This document shows positions 18,990 to 28,280 of a stretch of DNA of 64,000 bases, piece after piece. Location: contig JANQNX010000010.1 in NCBI GenBank assembly GCA_028279365.1, positions 20,206 to 84,205 on the forward strand, given 5' to 3'. This stretch comes from Gammaproteobacteria bacterium (GTDB taxonomy: Bacteria; Pseudomonadota; Gammaproteobacteria; Eutrophobiales; Eutrophobiaceae). The position numbers were made by a program, and so were the translations under genes. The notes below the pieces were generated by a model, which ran no database searches, was not told the origin of the DNA, and saw nothing but the letters and a program-made list of their open reading frames with translations. Positions within the stretch are counted from its first letter, which is position 1. Every line of letters starts with the position of its first letter.

Positions 18990-19898
18990 ATGAAATTGAA
19001 CCAGTTGGTGCTGTTTCTACTATGTTGCACAAATGCACTGCATACATTTGCGCAAGAAAAAATTGACCTTGATATAAATGGCATCAAGATGCAGTTCGTC
19101 ACGATACCTGCCGGTGAGTTCATCATGGGTGATAAAGACGGACAACGTGACGAGCGCCCGCGACACCCGGTATCGATTGATTCATTCTATATGCAGACCA
19201 CGGAAATCACGGTGGAGCAATTCGATATCTTTGCTAATGCAACCAATCACCCCACAAACTTCGGCTGCTGGTACTTTAATAGTGGCTGGCTGTTTTCAGC
19301 AGAACTGAACTGGCGCAATCCCGGTTATCCGCAACAACCTAATCATCCTGCGGTTTGTATCAGCTGGAATGATACCCAGCAGTTTATCACCTGGTTAAAT
19401 CAGCAACAGCAGGAGTATCGTTTTCGATTACCGACAGAGGCTGAATGGGAATACGCTGCACGCGCCGGTTCCCATGAACGTTACTATTGGGGTAGTGACC
19501 CAAGCGGCTTATGTACCCATGCCAATGCATCGGATAAACAAACCTTAAAACATTTTCCCAGTTTCAGGAGCAATGATTGTGATGATGGTTATGTGGAAAC
19601 TTCACCAGTAGGCAATTACCTAGCCAATTCTTATGGGTTATTTGATGTGTATGGCAATGCGTGGGAATGGACCCAGGATTGCTGGCACGAAAGCTATTCG
19701 CATGCACCGGAAGATGGCAGCGCCTGGGAGGGAAACTGCATGCGTCGCGTATTTCGCGGCGGCGGTTGGGGCGACAATCCTAAATTCGCGCGCTCGGGCT
19801 TACGTAACCGCACCGAGGCCAATAAACACAAAGACGATATTGGCTTTCGATTAGTGCTTGAAATAATTAACAATAAACCGGACTCTACAGCAAATTAG
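18990..19898 (+). CDS. Formylglycine-generating-enzyme (FGE/SUMF1) family protein, secreted
   Basis: 302 aa. Signal peptide. FGE-sulfatase domain motifs (RLPTEAEWEYAARAG…RGGGWGDNP). Confidence 0.85.
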   Translation: MKLNQLVLFLLCCTNALHTFAQEKIDLDINGIKMQFVTIPAGEFIMGDKDGQRDERPRHPVSIDSFYMQTTEITVEQFDIFANATNHPTNFGCWYFNSGWLFSAELNWRNPGYPQQPNHPAVCISWNDTQQFITWLNQQQQEYRFRLPTEAEWEYAARAGSHERYYWGSDPSGLCTHANASDKQTLKHFPSFRSNDCDDGYVETSPVGNYLANSYGLFDVYGNAWEWTQDCWHESYSHAPEDGSAWEGNCMRRVFRGGGWGDNPKFARSGLRNRTEANKHKDDIGFRLVLEIINNKPDSTAN

Positions 19899-20108
19899 TG
19901 CGGCCATCATGTTTTTAAAGACATGCGCACTCGTGTTAAACCTTACAAAACGGGTGAGTTAAAAGACTACGTTAGACTCTACAACCCGTTTGAAAAACAG
20001 AAACCAAGAAAAGAATCCGCATAAAAGCTATGGCTATTTGATACAGTCAAAGTTGAGTGAAAAGTTTAAAGAATTTGCGGGTTACTGAAGAATAATGCAG
20101 TTCAAGAA

Positions 20109-20513
20109 TTAATTTGCTTTAACTGCAAATAGCGTATCTTTTTCCCGGTTTAAAAATAACGCAATACACGCTGCCAGCATCGGCCAGGCAGCAAAGAAGA
20201 GTAAATGATACGGCTCGAATGGAGACAAATACTGTTTGTACGGTGTGATTGTTGACACCGTATGGATCAGTAATACAAAGCCATAGGAAAACGTCTTTTT
20301 ATATCCCGCCAGAAACATTAACAGGATAATCATTTCTATCGCGCCTACAATGTACATGACGGTATTGCCCATACCGCTCAGGAAGTAATACTTTTCGTAG
20401 ACCTTTGCTGCATGTTCAGGGTTGATAAACTTATCTATCGTCCACATGAATATCACCACGAAAACTGAAATACGTAATAATAATAGAGACCACTCGAGTT
20501 TTTTATCTTGCAT
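20109..20513 (-). CDS. DoxX-like small integral membrane protein
   Basis: 134 aa. Four TM segments. LLLRI motif near the N-terminus. Confidence 0.5.
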   Translation of the reverse strand: MQDKKLEWSLLLLRISVFVVIFMWTIDKFINPEHAAKVYEKYYFLSGMGNTVMYIVGAIEMIILLMFLAGYKKTFSYGFVLLIHTVSTITPYKQYLSPFEPYHLLFFAAWPMLAACIALFLNREKDTLFAVKAN

Positions 20514-20542
20514 TAGACTGATTCCACTTTAAAAAGTTATAG

Positions 20543-20878
20543 CTAATTACTACCAACTTTTTCTTCATAATAGGCTTTATTAGCTTTGTAGTAATTATCC
20601 AGGCGATTGGCTTCACAATAATCAATCAGCCAGTTTAGCAAGCGATCCGGGGATTTATTCTTGCCGACATCGGCATCCATGACATCATTCATCGCAGTGA
20701 TAAACCCTTGTGTCCAGCTGTAGTACATAATACCTGTTTGGGTATCGACGAAATTGCGCTTGGTTTTTGAATCCGTCAGGAATTGCAAACAGGATGTATT
20801 GCCGACACCAAGTAGCGTGGTCGCGTGTGTGGGTGAGATAGCCAGCAGTAAGGATATTAATAGTATTTTTCTCATCAT
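20543..20878 (-). CDS. Small secreted hypothetical protein (signal peptide)
   Basis: 111 aa. MMRKILLISLLLAISPTHA signal peptide. No recognised domain. Low GC. Confidence 0.5.
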   Translation of the reverse strand: MMRKILLISLLLAISPTHATTLLGVGNTSCLQFLTDSKTKRNFVDTQTGIMYYSWTQGFITAMNDVMDADVGKNKSPDRLLNWLIDYCEANRLDNYYKANKAYYEEKVGSN

Positions 20879-20958
20879 TTTTATTACACAAATCGTATTG
20901 GTTGTTTACTTAAGGCCATAGTATAAAACCTGTTTTTTCTAATATTAAGTCAGGATAT

Positions 20959-21165
20959 TTGCTATGCTTCGCCCACTTTTTCAGACAATTAATTGACGGA
21001 ACGTTCAACATGAAAGTCGCATTATTACTATTGAATTCAATGTTTTTACTGCTGTTTATCAGCATCATTATCGGCGAATGGGGAAACAGCAAGGCCATCG
21101 TCGGCGGAATTTCGAGCTTTATGTTACTGCTGAATTCAATCTATATATTGATCAGGGCGAAATAA
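20959..21165 (+). CDS. Possible small two-TM membrane peptide; true start may be the internal Met (MKVALLLL…)
   Basis: ORF in an otherwise empty 370 bp spacer. Strongly hydrophobic. Confidence 0.25.
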   Translation: MLCFAHFFRQLIDGTFNMKVALLLLNSMFLLLFISIIIGEWGNSKAIVGGISSFMLLLNSIYILIRAK

Positions 21166-21245
21166 ATTCAGCTTTTTTGTCAACATCACTCAAGACAGTG
21201 AATACGAAACCATAGAAATAATGTAGATATACCCTTCTATTTGCT

Positions 21246-22007
21246 TTGTTAAATAAATTCAAATTATTTGATAGTCATTTACATATCATAAACTCTCAAT
21301 TTCCATTAGTTGAAAATAATGGTTATCTGCCTGATGAGTTTACATACCACGACTATTTAGATCGTACCGCATCCTATGACATATGTGGTGGCGCTATTGT
21401 TTCCGGGTCTTTCCAGGGGTATGACCAAAGCTATTTAATTAGTGCCTTGGAAAAATTAGGAAATGGATTTGTGGGAGTCACACAGCTCCCGCATACAGTG
21501 ACTGATGAAGAAATTATAAATCTAGACAAGCTGGGTATACGTGCTGTTAGATTTAATATTAAAAGAAGTGGGCCGGAAGAATTAAAGCACCTCACCACAA
21601 TGGCTCATAGAATCTATGATTTAGCTCACTGGCATGTAGAACTTTATGTCGACTCCAAAGATCTGCCTGATTTATACAATACATTAATTAATTTGCCTTC
21701 AGTTTCAATTGACCATTTAGGATTAAGTAAACAGGGATTAAATACTGTAAAAAAACTTATCGGACATAATGTTAAATTAAAGGCCACGGGATTTGGTCGT
21801 GTAGATTTCGATGTAAAAGCAATCTTGCCTGAATTAAATTCGATAAATCCTTCAGCACTCATGTTTGGCACTGATTTACCCTCAACCAGAGCGCTTAGGA
21901 AATATGAAGATAAAGACTTCTTGTTAGTGATTGAAGCTTTGGGCGAAGATGGTGTGGATAACATTTTCAGTAAAAATGCGATTGAACTTTATCGCCCCGA
22001 TAAATGA
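21246..22007 (+). CDS. Amidohydrolase-2 family metal-dependent (TIM-barrel) hydrolase
   Basis: 253 aa. N-terminal FDSHLHI metal-binding motif and C-terminal FGTDLP motif. Confidence 0.7.
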   Translation: MLNKFKLFDSHLHIINSQFPLVENNGYLPDEFTYHDYLDRTASYDICGGAIVSGSFQGYDQSYLISALEKLGNGFVGVTQLPHTVTDEEIINLDKLGIRAVRFNIKRSGPEELKHLTTMAHRIYDLAHWHVELYVDSKDLPDLYNTLINLPSVSIDHLGLSKQGLNTVKKLIGHNVKLKATGFGRVDFDVKAILPELNSINPSALMFGTDLPSTRALRKYEDKDFLLVIEALGEDGVDNIFSKNAIELYRPDK

Positions 22008-22090
22008 TTTAGTGCATCTAGCAAAGAGGTGGATTCAGTCGTTATCTCCATGCTGATCGAATTATAAACATTATTAAAAAATAACTGATA

Positions 22091-22987
22091 CTAGCTAATC
22101 TTACATTGACTTACTTTATCGATATGCTTCACATTGATATTATGAGGATGATCATGCGCATTGAGAAATTCTGCTTCAAGCGTGTATGCCAAAGATTCCA
22201 GTTCATTTTTACACTCCACATTTTTATCGTGGTCATACTGATACTGCAGAAAGTGTACAACCTCATGCAACAAGATCGCGACACCTTCCGTTGACGTCAA
22301 ATCCAATGAATCCAGAATATAAACTGCTTTTTCATTAAAATTATAGAGACCATAGATATTGAGACTGTCAGGATCCAGCGCTTCAGATAATTTGCCGCCA
22401 AAAGCTACCTCTGCAATCTCAACCGATGATACTTTTTTGACTTCAGGCAAGTCATCTGCACGATAATTAAACGATGAGTGAGCGTTGATCCATTCGACCA
22501 AGCCAACAACCAGCTCTCTATCATTGTGAAAGTTATCCAGATTAAAGTCTCTACCCTGAATGATTTGTGATTGTGTCAAAGCATCAGAATCAGCATCAAT
22601 GACAAACTGGCCATCATTGTTATTTTTAGCCAATGCATTTTGTGCAAACAGGCTGGCTGAAAGAACAACGATTGTCATTACATTTGCGCATGAGCTGTTT
22701 TTTACGCGTTTAACACCCTCGATAAAATTAGAACGTCGGTCTTGTTTAAGTTGATAGCCATTTTCTTTGGCATACTGTTTAATATAAAGAAAAGCTTTTT
22801 TATTACTTTCTGGCAGGCCTTTTTGATAAACAAGCGTTGGTTTACCGTCAATCTTACAAGGGTGGACCAATACCTTGTTATTTACATATTGTGTAACGGT
22901 TTTTTTAAATTCTTGATTCAATAAAAGTTTTTCGTCTGAGGAATCAGACACATTAAAAACTTCAGAGTGAAATTTAGTTCCCATCAA
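22091..22987 (-). CDS. HExxH-motif protein (putative zincin-like/DUF4157-like metallopeptidase); real start probably internal
   Basis: LLHEVVHFLQYQ motif. A signal-peptide-like segment (MTIVVLSASLFAQNALA) lies about 104 codons inside the called ORF, suggesting a 22091..22678 secreted form. Low GC. Confidence 0.5.
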   Translation of the reverse strand: MMGTKFHSEVFNVSDSSDEKLLLNQEFKKTVTQYVNNKVLVHPCKIDGKPTLVYQKGLPESNKKAFLYIKQYAKENGYQLKQDRRSNFIEGVKRVKNSSCANVMTIVVLSASLFAQNALAKNNNDGQFVIDADSDALTQSQIIQGRDFNLDNFHNDRELVVGLVEWINAHSSFNYRADDLPEVKKVSSVEIAEVAFGGKLSEALDPDSLNIYGLYNFNEKAVYILDSLDLTSTEGVAILLHEVVHFLQYQYDHDKNVECKNELESLAYTLEAEFLNAHDHPHNINVKHIDKVSQCKIS

Positions 22988-23109
22988 ATTTTTTTCACAT
23001 TTAACATACTAGTTAAGTATAGTTAAGAATTACCTTTCTGCACTGATAAAAACAGAGTTTTATCCTTTCTTAAAATACGAACTGGCATTTAAAAAACACT
23101 AGTTTTTTC

Positions 23110-24873
23110 TTACGGAGATTCAGCTTTGGTAAACTCGGCTAAAGATCTGGGTTTACCAATACCGTAGCCTTGTCCAAAGTCTATGCCTATTTTTTGCAAC
23201 TCATTTTTTATTTCATCATTTTCCACATATTCGGCAATCGTTTTTTTGCCCATTGCTATTGAAATGCTTCTTATTGCTTTGACCATTGATAAGTCAAGCT
23301 TATTCTCGAGTATATTTTTAATAAAAATGCCGTCGATTTTTATATAATCAACAGGAAGGTTCTTTAAATACGCAAAAGAAGATAAGCCACTGCCAAAATC
23401 ATCCAGCGCAGCTTTAGCGCCTTTTGTATGCAATGTATTTATAAATTCGACCGCATTTTCCAGATTTGCTATAGCGGATGTTTCCGTTACTTCAAAGTAA
23501 ACCTGACTATAAGGAATATTTTTATGTTCAAATTGTTTTACTACAAAATCGGATAAATTTTCATTGGCCAGGGATTGGCCGGATAAGTTAATTCCCCAAC
23601 TATCGTTATCTTTCAATATATCTGAGTATGCCTCCAACCAGGAAAACGCTGTTTTGATAACCCATTGATCAACTTTGCTGGATAAATGATATTTCTCTAC
23701 TGCGGGTAAGAAAAAACCTGGTGGAACCAACGCCCCATCTTCATCCTTCATCCTGATTAACAATTCATAATGCTTCTCACCCTGCTCAGGGTTAAGACTG
23801 ACAATAGGTTGATAATATAAATAAAACCGGTCCTCTTCAAAGGCCCGATTAATTCGTTCAACCCATTCCATTTCCTGTTTTTTCTTACTAAGAACTGTAT
23901 GCTTATCTTGATCTGAAATAATTTCGATACGATTGCGTCCCTTTTCTTTTGCCATTTGACATGCATTTTCGGCGACTATCAGCATTTCATCCGCGTCATT
24001 TAAATTTTGATTATCTATCGGGATAACACCAATGCTGCTGGAAATAATCAAACTGTGTCCCTGCCAGTTATAACGAAACTCGCTAAACGCATTTTGTATA
24101 CGTTCAAGGATTACACCAGCATGAGTGATAGAACAACTCTCTAGCAAGATAGCAAAGTTATCTCCATGTAAACGTGCTAATACATCTCTTCTACTTAACG
24201 ATGACTTCAATAGTTTGGCTATCTGACGTAATAATTCATCACCTGCCAATGTGCCGTGAGTATTATTAATAATTTTGAATTCATCTAAATCAATATAGCA
24301 AAGTGAATGTTGCGTCGCATAATGATCAAACCTTGAAATCTCATTTAGCTGCAACTCCATACCTTTCCTGTTTAACAAACCGGTTAGTGGATCGATTTCA
24401 TCGCTGGTAACACCATTTGTACTTTTAAAGCTGGAGACATTAGCCCAGTTCCCAACAACAAAACATCGTTTTTCATCTAACTCTATTAATTTATACTGAT
24501 CAAAAATCCAGACTGAATTATCTTCAGTTGTTTTTATTCTATATTCGACCATCCCATATCCTGTATCAATATCCTGGCTAATTTGCTTTATCACTCTCGG
24601 TTTATCCAGAGGATGTAAATTTGACACCCAAAAATCAGCGCCAATCATTGTATTAGGATCAGCTCCGATAATATTCGCAGCATCATGACTAATGTAGATG
24701 CAGTATTTTTTAAACGATTTAATTAAGGAAATGTAACTTATGAAAGGAAACTGACTAAGCAGTTTTTCAGTTTTATATTCCGGACAGTTATAATCAAATA
24801 CATCACCATCAGCTCCTGTCATGCTTGATAACAAGGCAACTAAATCATCATGATGGCTCAAACTTATAGGCAT
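23110..24873 (-). CDS. PAS-(degenerate GGDEF)-EAL signalling protein, probable c-di-GMP phosphodiesterase
   Basis: 587 aa. GGDEF position reads RLHGDNF (degenerate). EAL domain carries an ELL variant (YELLIR), DDFGSG, and Q-G-Y C-terminal motifs. Confidence 0.85.
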   Translation of the reverse strand: MPISLSHHDDLVALLSSMTGADGDVFDYNCPEYKTEKLLSQFPFISYISLIKSFKKYCIYISHDAANIIGADPNTMIGADFWVSNLHPLDKPRVIKQISQDIDTGYGMVEYRIKTTEDNSVWIFDQYKLIELDEKRCFVVGNWANVSSFKSTNGVTSDEIDPLTGLLNRKGMELQLNEISRFDHYATQHSLCYIDLDEFKIINNTHGTLAGDELLRQIAKLLKSSLSRRDVLARLHGDNFAILLESCSITHAGVILERIQNAFSEFRYNWQGHSLIISSSIGVIPIDNQNLNDADEMLIVAENACQMAKEKGRNRIEIISDQDKHTVLSKKKQEMEWVERINRAFEEDRFYLYYQPIVSLNPEQGEKHYELLIRMKDEDGALVPPGFFLPAVEKYHLSSKVDQWVIKTAFSWLEAYSDILKDNDSWGINLSGQSLANENLSDFVVKQFEHKNIPYSQVYFEVTETSAIANLENAVEFINTLHTKGAKAALDDFGSGLSSFAYLKNLPVDYIKIDGIFIKNILENKLDLSMVKAIRSISIAMGKKTIAEYVENDEIKNELQKIGIDFGQGYGIGKPRSLAEFTKAESP

Positions 24874-24926
24874 TTACTAATCCTTTAGAATAAAAATTGT
24901 ATTTAATTAAGCATTTAAACAAATAG

Positions 24927-25316
24927 TCATATCATAAATTTCTGCCCGTTTTTTTTGTTGATCAAATTTTCAACTTTCGGCAATAGCCTCTTAAAATCGA
25001 CCGGTTTAACATCAAAATCATCACAGCCGGTTTCAAGGGCACTTTCAAGTTCCGACCTGAGTGTTCGTGATGTTAATACCATTAATGGAATAGAACATAG
25101 TGCTTCATTAGACTTGATACGGCGGATTGCTTCCCAACCATCTATCTTTGGAAGACCCAGGTTTATAAGAATCAGATCTGGAGATTCTGAATCAGCCATC
25201 TCTACGGCTTCCAGGCCATCTATCGCATACACCACAGTATAATTATTACGTCGCAACCGATGCACTAACATCTCCCGGTTCATTTCGTTATCTTCAACCA
25301 GTAAAATTTTTGACAT
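24927..25316 (-). CDS. Single-domain response regulator (CheY-like receiver)
   Basis: 129 aa. VEDNEMN acidic pocket, phospho-acceptor Asp in LILINLGLP, conserved Thr/Lys (VLTS…KP). Confidence 0.85.
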   Translation of the reverse strand: MSKILLVEDNEMNREMLVHRLRRNNYTVVYAIDGLEAVEMADSESPDLILINLGLPKIDGWEAIRRIKSNEALCSIPLMVLTSRTLRSELESALETGCDDFDVKPVDFKRLLPKVENLINKKNGQKFMI

Positions 25317-26000
25317 CAGACACCTCCTTAAATATGGTTTCTACATGTATTTAAAAACCACTCGCGTCATCCCTGACATAAAGTAATAACTAGAATTAGT
25401 GTTGATTGTCTGGCCACAATCATTCTAAAAAATGCGACGTCCAATTACGCTATTAAGTTCGCTTTTTTAAAAATGCACTTAATAAACTAGAATATTTTTT
25501 CATTGCTCATTAATAACTATAGTTAAAAAGCATCAATAATCTACTAATAATTAATGTATTTTTATCAGAAACGCCTTACTACCCTTATCAGGGTATCTGA
25601 TGGTAGTTATCAACTACTCTGATAAGGGTAGTACTCCGATACCGTGTGTAGTCCAAGTGATGGATTCCCGTAATATTTTGGCTTGGAGAAATCTCAACAT
25701 GAAAAGTAAAAGAATTTCATTATTCCATTTTGAGATAACAGAAGGAAATTGCTACAACGAATACGTGGTGTCTGAATATAACTTCTCTAAATAAAAAAGT
25801 TATCGCTGAGAATTAAAACATTGATTTATAGTTTGTTTATAAATCAGTAAATCTTAAATTATATAGGAGAGAGAGGGGCTCACTCGCTACTTCCATGTAG
25901 CTCGCCTTTCAGGCATTGCTAACGCAATGTGCAAATCGTCTATCCTGACGATTTGTCGAACCGAAGGTTTCAAATCAAAACCGCTCTATCGCCAAATATA

Positions 26001-26030
26001 AAAATACCCGCATATAGCGGGTATTTTTAT
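26001..26030 (-). terminator. Rho-independent terminator downstream of tRNA-Ser (bidirectional hairpin)
   Basis: ACCCGC-atata-GCGGGT stem flanked by A- and T-runs on both sides. Confidence 0.7.
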
Positions 26031-26033
26031 ATT

Positions 26034-26124
26034 TGGCGGAGAGAGAGGGATTCGAACCCTCGATACGCTATTAACGTATACACACTTTCCAGGCGTGCTC
26101 TTTCAACCACTCAGACACCTCTCC
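26034..26124 (-). tRNA. tRNA-Ser (anticodon GGA), 91 nt including the encoded CCA
   Basis: Minus strand reads GGAGAGGTGTCTGAGTGGTTGAAAGAGCACGCCTGGAAAGTGTG-[long variable arm]-GAGGGTTCGAATCCCTCTCTCTCCGCCA. D-loop AGTGGTTGAA, anticodon loop CUGGAAA, long variable arm, T-loop TTCGAAT. Confidence 0.9.
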
Positions 26125-26297
26125 TGATTTTTTATCATTGAAACTAAAGATTACAGGCAAAAATAATCCGACTTCGTCAAAGACCTTTCAACCATTACTT
26201 CGGACATCCTGTTCTACACCCTTCGGGATAGCTTTCCGTTCAAGGATGCGAAGGGTAATGAATTATGCGCGGGGATGCAATGCAAACGCGTGGATTA

Positions 26298-26696
26298 TCA
26301 CGCAGCGGTACGTTTTCGTGATTTGGCCTGTTGTAAATGGGAAATAAGATTGAGTTCGCCCATGCTTAAATCACAGGTTGTCAGCAGTTCTTCCTCACTG
26401 GCACCGCGTTTGTATAGGGCGATAGCCTGTTTATAGCTGGAACTCTCTACATCGCCAACCTCAAGCTGGTCCTGACGTTCGGTAATGGTATGAAACTGAT
26501 GTTGATAATGATGTAATTTATTTGAGATACCACGACTACATGATAGTAATGCGTTTAATTCATTATGTAATTCGGACAGCTTTTGCTGTTGCGAGAGTAT
26601 TTTTTTATTGGCCTTCAGTACTATTAAGGACAACATTACAAACAACAAAAAAGACAACACAGGACTATAGCTAACGAGTTGCTCAGTAATATTCAT
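26298..26696 (-). CDS. DUF2802-like protein commonly found at the end of polar flagellar/che clusters
   Basis: 132 aa. N-terminal TM segment then a coiled-coil-like region. Occupies the position of the gene after cheW in the Pseudomonas-type cluster. Confidence 0.5.
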   Translation of the reverse strand: MNITEQLVSYSPVLSFLLFVMLSLIVLKANKKILSQQQKLSELHNELNALLSCSRGISNKLHHYQHQFHTITERQDQLEVGDVESSSYKQAIALYKRGASEEELLTTCDLSMGELNLISHLQQAKSRKRTAA

Positions 26697-26829
26697 AAAA
26701 ACACCTGACTAACGACGTTTCAAATTAGAGAAATAATGAGGCGTAGCTTCCTTGATACGCCTCATAGTCTGGATAAGTGACTCGTGAGTCTTATCCTGTT
26801 TGCTCTCCCTGAGATGCTCTGTCAACTTC

Positions 26830-26991
26830 CTAGATGTATTCATTAACGTGTCCTTCCGCCAATTCTTCTTCCTTCTCCAGAGCCTGTTCTTCCTTGTTAT
26901 CCTTACGATTTTCCTTTTTCGCAGAATCCTTGTTCAGTGGACGCGTTGCCACTGGTTTAATAATTTGTTTAATGGGCCTGACGTCTGACAT
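26830..26991 (-). CDS. Possible 53-aa highly charged small protein (MSDVRPIKQIIKPVATRPLNKDSAKKENRKDNKEEQALEKEEELAEGHVNEYI); below the 60-aa ORF-track cutoff
   Basis: ATG 11 nt downstream of the cheW stop on the same strand. Uninterrupted frame to TAG at 26830. Confidence 0.25.
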   Translation of the reverse strand: MSDVRPIKQIIKPVATRPLNKDSAKKENRKDNKEEQALEKEEELAEGHVNEYI

Positions 26992-27002
26992 ATTGCCTTA
27001 AG

Positions 27003-27572
27003 TTAAAAACCGCTGACTGCATCCAGCTCACTTTCAGATAGCATTTTATTAACGTCCACCAGGATCAATATGTCTTCATCCTGACTATAAACACCTTGTA
27101 TGTACTTGGAGCTTTCATTGTCCTCACCAAGATTCGGTGATGTTTCGATATCGCTTGAATGAATATTGACGACCTCGGCAACACTATCAACCAAGATCCC
27201 GATGACCTGATTATTGACTTCGACAATCACAATACGGGTCGCATCATCGGCTTCTTTCTGGAATAACCCAAAGCGTTTGCGCGTATCAATGACGGTGACC
27301 ACGTTACCGCGTAAATTCACGATACCCATCACATAGTCGGGCGAACCGGGAACCGGGGCGATTTCAGTCAGGCGCAAGACTTCCTGTACTTGCATCACGT
27401 TAATGCCGTACTTTTCCTCGTCCAGTTTAAACGTGACCCACTGAATAATTTCATCATCAACTTTTGAAGTTACAGCAGCATTTGTTGCATTCATATTCGA
27501 CCCCCATATCGTCGATTCTTGTATTTCCGTCAAAAAACAGTCTTGTTTATTCCTGTGATGAGATACTTGCAT
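27003..27572 (-). CDS. cheW: Chemotaxis coupling protein CheW
   Basis: 189 aa. CheW domain (WVTFKLDEEKYGINVMQVQEVLR…IVNLRGNVVTVIDTRKRFGL). Confidence 0.9.
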   Translation of the reverse strand: MQVSHHRNKQDCFLTEIQESTIWGSNMNATNAAVTSKVDDEIIQWVTFKLDEEKYGINVMQVQEVLRLTEIAPVPGSPDYVMGIVNLRGNVVTVIDTRKRFGLFQKEADDATRIVIVEVNNQVIGILVDSVAEVVNIHSSDIETSPNLGEDNESSKYIQGVYSQDEDILILVDVNKMLSESELDAVSGF

Positions 27573-27611
27573 GCTCCATGCCAGAAACCCTGAAAATCAG
27601 TCCACCAATCG

Positions 27612-28280
27612 CTAACTCTGCGTCGGAAACGATTTTTTCTGTAGCCGGTTAACAAAAGGTATCGCCATGACCTCATCACTCAACGCATCAATATTAATGA
27701 GCGGTAGCAGACTATTGACAGTAACCCCCTGATATAACTTGTTTTTAAATGCCGAGGGATTCCAACGAATCGCCTCTCTCTCAAGTGCGTGTATATCGTG
27801 CACTGAATCGCACTCAATCGCGTAGGGATACCCCTCAATCACAACCAGGGTATTCACCTGGTACTGCTCAACCTGATCGCGATTTTCTGTTTGCTGATTC
27901 TCCAATAGCGCCAGCAAATCAATAATGGCCGTCGATTGTTTACGTAAGGTAGCAATGCCTTTAAAGGCAGGGTTCCGCGTCGGTAAGCGGACAATATTAT
28001 GTGCTGAGCGGTCAATAAAGCTGATACGGTTTGCCGGTATGAGCAGATGTTTGCCGCCTTTGGCAATCTCCAACAATGACAAAACCTGTTGATCACTATA
28101 ATCGCCTGTCCTGTCACCGACATCATTATCCGCTAAGGTTTCAGTCATTGACTCGCAATCAGTGGTCACTACGCTGACTGGTTCTTCCCTTTCCGCATCC
28201 GGTACCGTCGTTAACAGTCCTTCAATATACAAGCTAACATCAAGCTGGGTATCGTTGATTAATTTGTTTTCCAACATCAA
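27612..28280 (-). CDS. CheW-like domain protein (PA1463-type)
   Basis: 222 aa. Weak CheW-like core. Conserved position between parA-like and cheW. Confidence 0.6.
   Translation of the reverse strand: MMLENKLINDTQLDVSLYIEGLLTTVPDAEREEPVSVVTTDCESMTETLADNDVGDRTGDYSDQQVLSLLEIAKGGKHLLIPANRISFIDRSAHNIVRLPTRNPAFKGIATLRKQSTAIIDLLALLENQQTENRDQVEQYQVNTLVVIEGYPYAIECDSVHDIHALEREAIRWNPSAFKNKLYQGVTVNSLLPLINIDALSDEVMAIPFVNRLQKKSFPTQS

Noticed and set aside
25320-26300. Checked for CRISPR array, integrase/phage genes or a c-di-GMP riboswitch (GEMM) next to tRNA-Ser
   Set aside because: No direct-repeat/spacer periodicity and no integrase ORF. The conserved GEMM elements (GGCAAACC / ACGCAAAGC) are absent from either strand.
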